The position numbers and the translations under genes were made by a program. A DNA stretch of 64,000 bases from Tubulanus polymorphus. Lineage: Eukaryota; Animalia; Nemertea. The notes below the pieces were generated by a model. That model was given only the letters and a program-made list of their open reading frames with translations, ran no database searches and was not told the DNA's origin. The stretch covers positions 22,034,560-22,098,559 of the forward strand of contig NC_134027.1 of the NCBI RefSeq assembly GCF_964204645.1, read 5' to 3'. Each line of letters starts with the position of its first letter. Position 1 is the first letter of the stretch. Shown here one piece after another: positions 25,011 through 37,439 of this stretch.

Positions 25011-28000
25011 TATTGCGTCAAGAGTTGTATCGATACCATTTGATAAGTCGATGTATTTTTTTCAAAGAATACTCGGGAACGACTTTCGCGTTACGAAGCG
25101 GATCTTAAATAAGCTTGATTAGTATAAATATGAACTTCTATTTTAACTCGTCGTTAATGAAAATGAAATAGAAATAAACCAAAAAAAAAAAAACGAGAAA
25201 AAAAAATCATTTTGAGAATCGATGAAACGTCGCTGAATGAGCGGAGATGAGTGCGACGCTTAGTCGGAAAATCTGGTGCATGAATTCAAATCGAATCTGT
25301 TGCAGATGTTTGAATGAAGCCAGATTGTCTCGACATCATACCCCTTCCCCTCTCTCTATATCTCTGTTACTGTCATTAAAATGCTTTATAAATATTTTGT
25401 AACACTGCTATGATTGTATATTCTTCTCGAGTAACTTGTGTGTTTGCGTGCGTGCGAAAATTCTTGACAATCTGATTAGTTTGTTTTTTTTTGTGCAAAA
25501 CAGATTTGATTTTTGGGCATTTGATGAGTCATTTCTTATCATTTGCAGTTACTACGGCGGAACCTCGTATGAACCTAAATGTATTGGTTGATACGACAGA
25601 TTTCTTGCCCCTAAATCGTGTCGATGTTTTGGTCCAGTATTAATTTAAGCCCATTGTTTACCGTACTCAATCAGTTGAACGTTAATACTGGGCTTGAAAA
25701 ACCCCTTGCCAGATCAAACAAATGGATTTCATTTCATGATTTATGGGGTCAATATTTAATACTGGTTATGAACATATATCAACCATTACATTATTCTGAA
25801 TGTCCATTTTGTTTTCTTCATGGTCAACTAACCGAGTGGATTAGTGTGCTAGGTTATTGACCGAATATGGTTATTACTACAGCCAAACCAACCCGTTAAA
25901 TTTGGAACCGCTTAATCTGGATTTTGATCTACCGGTAATCGGGTTATTGTTTTCAGTCCAGGTATACTTGTACCTATATAGAATATGATGTCTAATGCGG
26001 GTTTCCCATAAATTTCATGGTCCCAACCATTCCAAATTAAGTGGGTTCTACTGTAGTATAAACCTAAGCAATATGAAACAATTTTTGATATGATTTCCCG
26101 CAAGATTGAGTAATACCCCAAAGACAGCCCAACACGTGATGACCTTGACGAGGTTTCGCTGTTGATATCTGCGTTGACGGGAAATTGAAAATTAATTGGG
26201 TCCAAGACGAATCAGTGAAAAATGTTACCCCGGGCCCGGTTTTATAGACTGGTATAACCTTTAACCGGCGGGCTAACTCAATTGATAATGAATTGAGTTA
26301 GCCCCCGGTTTAAAGGTAATACCAGTCTATAAAACCGGGCCCTGTATTATTGATATGATTTTAGTCGGAATCACTGAATCGTATATCAACCCTAAAACTT
26401 TCTATCTCTCTAGTGGTAGCTATCGACGCTTTTATACCGTTCTTAGTCAGGGGTCTCACTCAACAGTCAATGAGGTGATCTCTTCAGGGTCGTTTAATAC
26501 AGTTGAACCTTATTTACAACGTACTTCATGGGACCAGAGAATCTATTCGGAATAACGGATCGTTGGTTTGTTATATCCAGTATGAAATAAGTTAAGATTT
26601 CCTTATTTGCGACAAGATTCTGTGTAATATCATGGCTGTGTATATCGGAGTCTTGTTTTGTCGAGGTTCCTCTATGTGTGGTCTTTGGTACTGAAGTCAT
26701 TTGTAAAGGTTAGAATTTTTTTCTTGAACAAAACCTTAAGCGAGACCTGCCGAGATCTTCGATATCTTTAGTTCGATAACCTCATCGATGTACTAGTGGC
26801 CTCCACGGTTAAACCCTAAAAGTAGTCCCTATATCAATATTATCTAGAAAGCACTGCTTTGAATAACCCCTTCCTATAAAGCGTATCCTTGTTGTAACAT
26901 AAACGCTCATGCTGTCCGTGTTCAATTTCAGAGTTGAATTTTTTCCCCGATATAGCTGTCGAAATAAACAGCAATTGACGTTTTATACTGCAACGAAACT
27001 GCACTCCCATATTTGTTTTTGGATTTTAATTCATTTTTGATTGAGTCAAAATAATCGGGTATTTGAATCCATCAAGGCGTTATGGTTTCGAAGGCAGCTT
27101 TCATTTATTTCAACTGCTTGATGTTGAATTCGGTGTATATTTCACCTGGTCAGAATTTTACGTTGTCAAAGATTACAGCCTATTTACGGATTCAAGTATA
27201 GAATCTAGGAACGGTCAACTCGAAAATAGGACAAAACGCATGTTACATCAAGAAAAAGACACCTATTTATCATTGAATTTAATTTTAAGTTGGGATTTTT
27301 TATACCGGAGGCCGTTTTCGTTGAATAGAAAAAACAGATTTTAACTCTTGAATTCGATTTTATTTCGTTCATCGATTCAGCTTTATGTTTAAATCGGATT
27401 TGAAGAGTGAATCGTTTTTGTGAAACGGGGCCCAGTTTGAGTTTATTGTACATAAATTAAACCGATGAAATAAACTAACCATTATATATATAATATATAC
27501 GCGTATGATGTATATATTATATATACGATATTTATCCCACTTATAAATGATGCTTTATTTTAATCATTGATTTTATCGTCGACGCAGTATACCTCGCCTA
27601 ACTGCGCACAAACTGGTACTGGCAAAATTGGTTTTGAGTTATCGATAGAAAAATATGATTAGAAATCGGGAAAATTATTTCGTTTTGTCTGAGCTATTTT
27701 TGGCCATATTGTCCGCGTTAGGCAAAGTTTACTGCACGGTTATTCTGCTGGATTATCAATGTGATTTAACAGTCAACTGCGCTTAACTCCAATCTTTGGG
27801 GACCGGTGATTAATTTTATACGGATTGAGTGAAATACGAGTGAGGTGACTATCAATTTCCCACTTCCCCTAAGTGATCATACAACCTGTGTTCTGGTGTT
27901 TCAATTAACATATCGGCTCTGAATAAAGTCGACTGTATTCTCAGGCGCGGATCCTGACTATCGCACATGCAGCACGTGCGGTAGTCGCAGTTTTCAAATG

Positions 28001-29291
28001 CGCTTGAAAAATGTTTGTTTCGGGAAAAAAATAAATAAAAGGGCACACAATTTGTATGCATAAAAAATAATTGCCTTTCTGTACTAGGACTAAAGCAAAA
28101 TGTGAATGGAAATGAATTGTCCAAAATCAATCTAAGGCATTTTCCTTTACTCAAAAGGGCACTATTCTAAAAGAAACATTATTGTTGCTCTAAAACTAAT
28201 CGAAAAAGGGCAAATTTCGCCAAAAATCTTAAAGGCACAAGCAAAGTGAATGTGAAGGCAAATTTAGTGACATGATACCAATGAATGGCACTCAAACTCA
28301 CTCGCTGGGCATTAATGAATACTGGCCCTTTTCAAAGTTGGTGCCCTTTTTTCACTGTGCTGTAGTCACCGAATGGCCCTGGATCCGCGCCTCAAAAGAA
28401 TTCCAGAAATTGAAAATCTGAATTTCCAGAGTTCTGCAGTCTCGCCGCATAATCGGTCAGGGTAAACGATCTCACCAAGCTTAATGGGGAGGTTTGAGTC
28501 CAACCCCATGCAAATTTTGAAAATGGGCTTGTGTTATGGCATCTCGAGATATTCTTTAGGGTTCATCTGATAAATTTGTTTTCGACTGCCACTTCCTTCT
28601 ATATTTACCGCTTATCATTTTGAATGCCTTCTGCGAAATTCACTGCTATTCACCGCCTTTTTCCATTCACTGCTTTCAGTACCTGTAGTGAACTCTGCTT
28701 ACCATGTAGGTAGGCCTGATTAAAAATTCTAGGCTGGTGAATTGTAGATCGAGTTGAAATCAGTGAAAAATTTCAACCGATACGGAATTGGTACTCAAAT
28801 AATAGATGGAGGAGCATAACAAACTCAGATAAAACAGTCTTAACCCAGATTTTCATCAAATCGAGACCGTTATTTAGGTACTGTCCATCTCTATACCATC
28901 TTCACCCATCTAGGATTCGAACTTACTTAGATAAAGCCACTCCCCGAACTGGTGGAAGCGAGATCCGGAGCGATACTGGACCCCTGGCAGGCGAGGATGT
29001 CTATATACTTGGATGTACATGTATGTAAAATATGAAGTCAAGTTTGGATTTCTTAAGTCTTGGATTTCTCAAGTTTGGATTTTCCCAATTGTTCTGGATT
29101 AGATGGATTTGACACCACAACAACGACAGTCATTTTGCATGGCAACCTATTCTCCGAAACCGTCTTGCTCCTCAATTATATTCCAAAGAATATACCCATA
29201 GAACCAAAAATATAGAAGCGAGCAATGGAGGTGTGAAGCCTTGTGGGGTGTTTGGGGTTCTCGGCCAAGAAAAGGCTGTCAAAAAGGTAGT

Positions 29292-29768
29292 TCTAATGTC
29301 TATTTCAACTTGACTTTAGAGCATATTAGCTGGCCTGGTGCAGTCATTTTTGGTGATACCTGAGCACTGGCAGTTGACCTAAAACATTGATTTTTAATAT
29401 GCATTTCAAACTGTATTGAAGGATATCCAAAAAGTCTTCATTGAAAGGGGTTCATGAGAGAAAAAGAGACTCCATGATTTGAAAGTTTAACAATATGTTT
29501 CCATGCCTACAGACCAAACTTCAGTTGGTAGGCATGGAAACATATTGTTAAACTTTCAAATCATGGCGTCAATTTTTTCTCATGAACCCCTTCCAATGCA
29601 GACTTTTTGGATATCCTTCAATACAGTGAAGAATGGATTTAAAAACAATGTTTTAGGTCAACTGCCAGTTCTTTCTTGCCTAAGAAGACTTTTATCAGGT
29701 ACTATCAAAACAGACTGAGCTAGGCCACCTGACATGCTCTCAACAAGTCAACTTGAAATAGACATTAG
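29292..29768. repeat. Long fold-back inverted repeat, arms about 230 bp
   Basis: ctaatgtctatttcaa...tttccatgcctac / gtaggcatggaaa...ttgaaatagacattag. Confidence 0.8.
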
Positions 29769-29774
29769 TACATG

Positions 29775-30110
29775 TAAATATTCAATTCAATTCAATATTT
29801 ATTTATCATGAAATCTTGCACAATTGTTGATAAACAGAATAAAATTTACAAAAGAAAGAATAGTGTACATAAAATATTTTTGTACATAGGATAACAATGA
29901 AATAGAAACAAATTAACACTAATGCAAGTTACCAAATCTCAAAATATTTACATGTATGGAAAAAGTGGATATAGAATTAAATCGTGTGCAAGGCTTATAA
30001 TCCTTGGTCTAAAAATTTTCCTACATAACTAGCTAATAGATGATTAGAAAGCAAAATCCTAAATTGGTGTATATGTCGGTGATTGTTGCTTGACTATGGA
30101 ATACAGTGAA
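29775..30110 (-). mobile_element. Probable 3' end of a CR1/L2-type LINE
   Basis: Minus-strand aataaa followed by a (ttgaa)3 tail; extent uncertain. Confidence 0.4.
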
Positions 30111-30686
30111 ACATACCTTGGATCCACGACTGGTTTGGGTAACTTGCTTCTCTCACCTGGGTAACTAACTTACATGCTTGAGTAACTCACTGTGAATTCT
30201 TCTTGCCAGTGAAACTCCTTCGAGGCTGTCTCCCTTCGGTCACTTACTCCAAAGCCATTACTCGCGAAAAGTAACTCACTTTGCAACCATTACTCGTCAG
30301 ATTTTAATAACCCCCTGAGGATTGGTATGGGATTTAAGAATTAACACTACAGTGGAACCTCGTTACAACGAACTCAGATACAACGATTCATCAGATATAA
30401 CAAAATACGGTATAGAATTTAGAAAGTAAGAAAGTTTAATTAGTTAATTTCTGGTTTAGTGAAGTTCTCTGTAATGAGGTTCCACGACCATGTCATAATT
30501 TAAGCACCAAGATGGGAAAGTGTTATATATATTGTGTACATTTGTCCTTCAAGTGGTTTGCTGGTATGCTTTTTGTGTATAGCCCATGAAAAGCCCTTCA
30601 GTTTACCAATTTTATTCGATTTGAATATTTCCATTTCAGCATGAAACACTATTCGGGTCAACCAGCATACGATCATGAGCCAACAA

Positions 30687-30689
<3 letters not shown>

Positions 30690-30741
<52 letters not shown>
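30690..30741. repeat. (TA)n microsatellite; another at 36644-36688
   Basis: Visible directly in the sequence. Confidence 0.95.
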
Positions 30742-30744
<3 letters not shown>

Positions 30745-31823
30745 AACCTAATATCATTTGAGTCGGCATCTGTTATGATGTCATCCACCTTCGATAATCT
30801 GCCATCCTCCGGTTTTGTGGCAAAATTCCAGATTAGAAAAACGTTTTTGTCTATTGAAATACTATGCGTGGTTATCCCCCACTAAACCATAGGTCCAAAC
30901 AGTGGCGGGTAAATGAGAGTTGACTGAATACATTACAGTCCATTCGCGAGTAAGTTCATTTCAAATTCAAAAACCTTGGCCATGTTAATGAAGATAGTGC
31001 AACTGAAAATGAATTGTCTACAAGCGTCACCTGGGAGACACACGGTCCACGCCCACATTCCGCATTCCTCTGAACTCGAATACTTACAAGGTGAATTATC
31101 AATTGACTCGAGCACAAATCTTAAGAATTAAATTGCGTAGTCTAACTAGAACTATTGCCTAACTCAAGATCACAAAATCAAGTCTAATTGAATCAAGTTT
31201 GGATGAAATAACTGATCCTGTGTAATAGATTGAGTTGACCCTACTACCCATATAAGTGTAAAGGGACAGGATCCTTGAGGTCAAGATATACAGAACATTT
31301 TTTGAATGATGAATTGAATTAAATTCATTTCAACCGCTTTGAGCCATTACTGTAGTCGGAATTGATAACGCTATAGCCTAACTGAAGTGATCTTTACCCC
31401 AGACTGTGATAGGATATTTTGTTTTTTATACATTTTTGGTCAATAAATGCCCGTCCTTTTCTGTTGGTCCTGTCGTCGGAAGTCGCCCCTGGACCTGCCC
31501 CATGGCAACGCTGTAATGTAGACTGCAGTATGCCATATCAAGCAAATCCAACGCATGCCATCCGCGAATTCACTTTTCGACACGGAAAAAAAACTCATTC
31601 ATATAATCTTATTGTGATGTAAATCAATTATATTGTTAAAAAAAAAAGATTCCGTAAAAATATTTCCACAAATTCAAATGCAATATTTGGCTCTTTGGTT
31701 GAAGTTCGATAATAATTTGAGATTAGTGTTTTAGCTTGTCCAGCAAGCTTCAGGCAGCACCATTTGATAAGTCATCGTTTTACACAGGAAGGTCACTCGT
31801 GATTTCGCGTGGAGACAGCTAGA

Positions 31824-32157
31824 AACAATAGGGGGCGGTCACGTGCCACAGAACTTATAATCTCCGGTACTCCTCGAATTTCACCCACAAAATGATTGTG
31901 ATATTTTGAACAATAGGGGGCAGTCACGTGCCACTGAACATATAACTCCGGTACTCCTCGAATTTCACCCACAAAATGAATGATATTTTCAACAATAGGG
32001 GGCAGTCGAGTGCCACAGAACTTATAACGCCCGTACTCCTCGAATTTTACTCACAAAATGAATGATATTTTCAACAATAGGGGGCAGTCGAGTGCCACAG
32101 AACTTATAACTCCGGTACTCCTCGAATTTCACCCGCAAAATGAATGATATTTTGAAC
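31824..32157. repeat. Minisatellite, 82-85 bp x4
   Basis: aacaatagggggc...ccggtactcctcgaatttcaccc units starting at 31824, 31909, 31991 and 32073. Confidence 0.9.
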
Positions 32158-35100
32158 ACTATTTGAATTCTGGAACCGGTCGCATAGACCCACAATCACT
32201 CAACACACATTTTAATGAATCGTTACTCCGCGTGGTCAAATTGAACAACAATTTCTATGATAAACACGCTGAAAATAATATCTAGGCATTCCTTCTTGAA
32301 ACGATTTTAGATTATAAGCCATTTTATCCGTTATTCGAAGCACCGACGCACTTGAGAACTGAACTGAACAGGCACAGGGAGCAACGCTAAGGTCATCGTA
32401 CACGAAATCCGGACGGATACTCACACACACACACAATTCCCGAGCGGCAACAACTAACTCCACCTGCAGTGAATAAATCACACTAAAGAACTATTTTAAG
32501 ACACTGATTTTTAAGCTTTAATTTTCGTTCGAGAACAATCGCGGCTTCCACACACTTTTCATTCCGAATACTTGGCGTCACGTTGAACCATGACGACAGG
32601 AGCACAATAATCATCGGTTACTAAGACAACGGCGTCACAATAACTATTCCGATATTAGACATGTGTATTGAGAGAACAGAAGCGACATTGGGGGTGTCAG
32701 TGATTTCTATATAGATAATAGATTATTATATACGTAATATATATATATATATATGAACTCACACTGAGGATCACATGCATTTTGCGTATTTACATTTTAT
32801 CCAGCATTGATTGAGAGATTGAGATATATCTAGAGACTTCGCTGCACACACTTTTTTTCTTTTTAAACACATCCATTTTAAGAGACGCGCAACACACTTT
32901 ATATGAATCTTACATAGTTCACACTAAACACTAATTTAATGTTCATCGCACAACTTTCCTCGGTCAGCGGCGAACACGACGAAAACGTTCATTTGTATAT
33001 TCCGCGCTTTTCGATTATTTATTTCCGATAGTCCCGATCGAAAAATGGTAGTAATCGCAATCGGAGGCTATGTATATACGACTACCCCGTTCCTGAACGT
33101 GTAAAGTTCCGCTGTGAGAACGCAAACGAAATCCTGGTATCGCAGATGCTGTCTTGACGGTAGTAAGCAGTTCCGCACCACGAGAACGATGTCGTCAATC
33201 GACGAAAAACACAAAATCAATAGAGCCGGTTTCGTCACGACGGCGGCGAACACAACGCGACGAACGTTCTTTCAACGCGGCTTAAAAACTCGCGTCAGCG
33301 CAATATTTCACCGAGTTCCGCTATCGCCGTTGCGAAAACGCAACTTATAAACCGGTTGATTTAACGTAGCCGAGCCGATTATACAACGACGACGGTAAAG
33401 TTTCAGAACGAACAAATGACACCTTCATCCGCATTTCTTTATAAATATGGCGGCACAATATATTAATATATATATATTCACAGAGTAGTTCATAACTTGC
33501 CGAGTCCCTCACTTATCACTTATTTATCCGATGAAACAGTTTCTGAACACATTTATATATTCCGATTGTACAGGAAACTTCTTATCAGTTGAAACGATGT
33601 CGTCTCGTCATAACATGGCGCCATCTCTCTGCAGGAGGTGAGATCAGCTTCCGGGTTTACATATATATTTACAGATTTACTCAAATACACGTGTACAATA
33701 TTCATTGATTTACGACGACATCAATTCATGACAATCGAACTTATGATCGATCTCTTAGATTTTTATCAAAATACAAGGGGACTTGGTTAAGTCATCATCA
33801 GATTAGTCGTTATACGACTTGTGTCGTTACTCGGTGTTCTCCACAACAGGTTTTAGAGGGGCCGCCACCCCTTTCATTTTAACATCCACCCCTCTGAAAA
33901 TCAGCCACCCCTTACAAGATATCTGCAGTAAATAAGTGTTAATAAGTGCGTTGAAAAATGTATCAAATTAATGTGAAAAATAGAAGATTACACCAAAATC
34001 AAGCTTAAATTTCCTGTATTTCCAGGGGGATCGAAAGCCTTGGTTACTTCAGCAGTGTTTTCAATAAGAGCCAGGTCCCGGGTCCCAGACCCGTCAGTCA
34101 TTTTTTAAGGACCCACCTGTTTTTTCAAACCAGCTTTCTGAAACCAGCTTTCGGACTGTGACATATCATGGGACCCTCCTGTTTTTCGAAGGGACCTGGC
34201 TTGTTAATTTCTTGCTAAAAACACTGTTCAGCAGCCACGATGTCATAATGCAGCCCATTCCAGCATATCGAGAACACCGAGTATAAGCCGTCATTTGGAT
34301 TATTTCATCCGCATAATGATCGTCTAAGCTCTGATGATTTAAATAAGTTTGATCGTAGGAGAAAGTAGTCGGGACGGTTTTACAAAAAAATCGAAAGTTT
34401 AGTTAGACAAAGCAAGATCATCAAAACTTAACTGCTTCATATCGAAAATTCATGTGAAACCGGACCAAGTAAGTTGTGGTCAGTTATTCAAGTATGTCAG
34501 GTATCGGACAAAAATGATAATGTTATCGTTATTGTTTGCGTGAAAACTGGCGGAGATCACGTGATGAATTACACCATTCGAATAAAATCAAAATGAAATT
34601 AACCAAACTTTACAGGAATCATACGATTTGGTTTTCAAGAACTTGGAACAGCAAAGATCAGAAATTGTCGAATTTACGCTAGTCTAAGGATGGTCGGGGT
34701 TAAGAATTAACATGATAATAAATAATACAAAGTCCGGCAAATTTAGGTATGTACTTAAACACATTAGTATACATCATAGATTAATACACTGATCAGCAAT
34801 ACATAGTATCAGTAGTAATCATAGGCGTCGCCAGTGCAAGGCTCTAATTTGGCAGTATCCTGGACCCAGTTCCACAGTTGTGGTTAGAGTTAATTCTGAG
34901 TGTTAACTCTTGAGTTTAAGTTCATTTTCAATGAGTTAACTCTAGAGTTAACTCGGAAGGTGCTAGGTGCCAGTGCAAGGCTCTAATTTGGCAGTATCAG
35001 GGACCCAGTTCCACAGTTGTGGTTAGAGTTAATTCTGAGTGTTAACTCTTGAGTTAAAGTTCATTTTCAATGAGTTAACTAAAGAGTTAAATCTTAACTC

Positions 35101-35972
35101 GGAACTGTGGAACTGGACCCTGGTATCCAGAGGGGGCACTAGATTTATTGTTGGGGTACTTAAAATTGAAATTGACATTATATAATGACAAGATACAAGA
35201 AATTTCTGATGTTCAATTGAATTCTTTCCAGTGTTTTCATGATTTAAAATTGAAGGCAAACCGTGATACCAAACACTGACACCGATGATAGAGGATCTAG
35301 TGTCCCTTGGAGATACTCTCTAGAATTCCGGGCTGCCAACTGCTGAAAAGGGCTATGAGTAATGAATTGAATTTTTTCAGTAACATTTCATCGAAATATA
35401 ATATGAAAGAAAATTAATCAGTAATCAACAGTAAGACCTACAGTAATATCTATTCATATTTCTAACAAATCAAATCAGTATATCTCGTAAAATAGTAACA
35501 AATACTGAAAATCAGGAACAGTTGGCAGCTCTGGGAATTGTATACAAATCACGCCTCCCAAAGGAGTTCGGGGCCTGCGAATAAACCATCTTTTTCTCTT
35601 GGTCATCATTTTTTACAATGAATATTCTTGATTCAGTTTCAATTTCAAACATTTGGTTGAGGCTGTCATGACATGAACATGCAAAAAAAATCCAAAACCC
35701 CTTCAAAAATTCCTGGCTGATGCCTATGATTATAAAAGGAAAACCTTCAGATTTAACGAGTTGAATTTTCAAAATCAACCAAATACGATCAGTTAATTCA
35801 GCGTAAGAAGTGTCTTCAATATTTCTGAAACAGAACCAAACAACATTTAGTTAATAGTAGCAAAACCTGATTACCTTCGTATCTACGTTGTAGTAATTTC
35901 AGCACAAATGACAGAAACTGAACTTAAATTATTGCGATTTTGAGAATTTTTTCATAATCTTCATAGTAACTA

Positions 35973-36142
35973 CAGTCAACCACCGATATACCGACCTCCC
36001 ATTTACCACGATCCTCGCTTACCGCCAGGTTTTCTCAATGTACATCTCAATACAAATACATAGTAAAACACCTCTGATATACCGCCATACTCTCTATACC
36101 GCCAAAATTCACTGATGTGGGCGGTATATCGGGGGTTGACTG
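35973..36142. mobile_element. Tc1/mariner MITE
   Basis: TA TSD; TIR cagtcaaccaccgatataccg / cggtatatcgggggttgactg. Confidence 0.8.
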
Positions 36143-36640
36143 TAGTAATATCAAGTAACTAAAATAGAAGAGGTAGTAGGGTCTGTAGCAGGGGCAGATT
36201 TCCAAAGAGGTTGCCCTTTTCATCGAGACAAAGATGGTTTAAACCTGAAAATCTGGCACGCATCATCTCAGAATTCATATCTTTTAGTGCGTATTTCTTC
36301 AAAGATGCCAAGCGTAGGACCCGGGACGTATCTTTGACACGGCTGGCTTAGAAACACTTTTTATTCACTTTCGGACCCGGACCATCCCATTTTCCCTAGA
36401 TCCGCCTGCGTAGTTGACCGGCGACGAATTAATTCGTGATGCGAGACTAAAAACAACTCACCACATCGACGGCTGGCTCCTATAGTTTGACTATTCCGTT
36501 ACGAATTCACGAATTCAAGGTGTGCGTGGATGGTGCGTGTCGCCGAGGTGCGTGAGCGCGCGGCGTGGTCGGTATAAATCTCTTAAACTAATCGCGTGAG
36601 CCTCGATATCTCATTATTATAATTTAAACGCTACATCGAT

Positions 36641-36692
<52 letters not shown>

Positions 36693-37439
36693 TACACGTA
36701 CGTTAACAACAGTTTCTACATTTCGAATGTCATTCCTATCTACAAACCAATAAAATATATACGTAAAATCAAAAATCGTCTTTCAATGATGCTAAAAATA
36801 ATTTTCTCTTTTTCGATATCGTTTTTTGTACCCTCAATTATTGAGTTAGACGTCGTTCGCATTTTTTTTGGGATCCGATCGTATATTCGTTTAAACATTT
36901 AAATCATGATTTTCGTGCGAGTTATACTTTTCATTCGTCATGGGATACCGGCAATCGCCAGATGGCACCAAAATCACCGGGTCGTTCGTAGTGAAGATCA
37001 GTTCATTTTCGAAGTAATTTCAACTTGATTTCTAGGATTCCAAATCCAAAAATTATCAAAGGAGTCATCGGATAGATACACGAGTACCTTTCTCAATCAG
37101 TGTACGGTATTGATTTCACCGAAAATTGATATTTATTATTTACTAATTGGAAAAGTTGCCTCAAATTTTTAAGATATGTAGAAGGCAATTGACGTAACCC
37201 AGGGCCACTAGGGCCAACTTCGGTTATCTGAGTTAGTCGACTAAAGTCGAACTAAGTGAAACCAAATTTAAGTTAGTCGCAACTATATTCCATAAATATT
37301 TCGCAGAGCGCATTCGGTTATTAGTTCCGACCACTAGTCGAGCGGATACGAAAACCGAATTTGGCCTAGGGCAGATTATCGCTGAATCCTCGCTTGCCCC
37401 AGTAGCGATGCCGGTACCCCATTATTCCCCGAATAGCAT

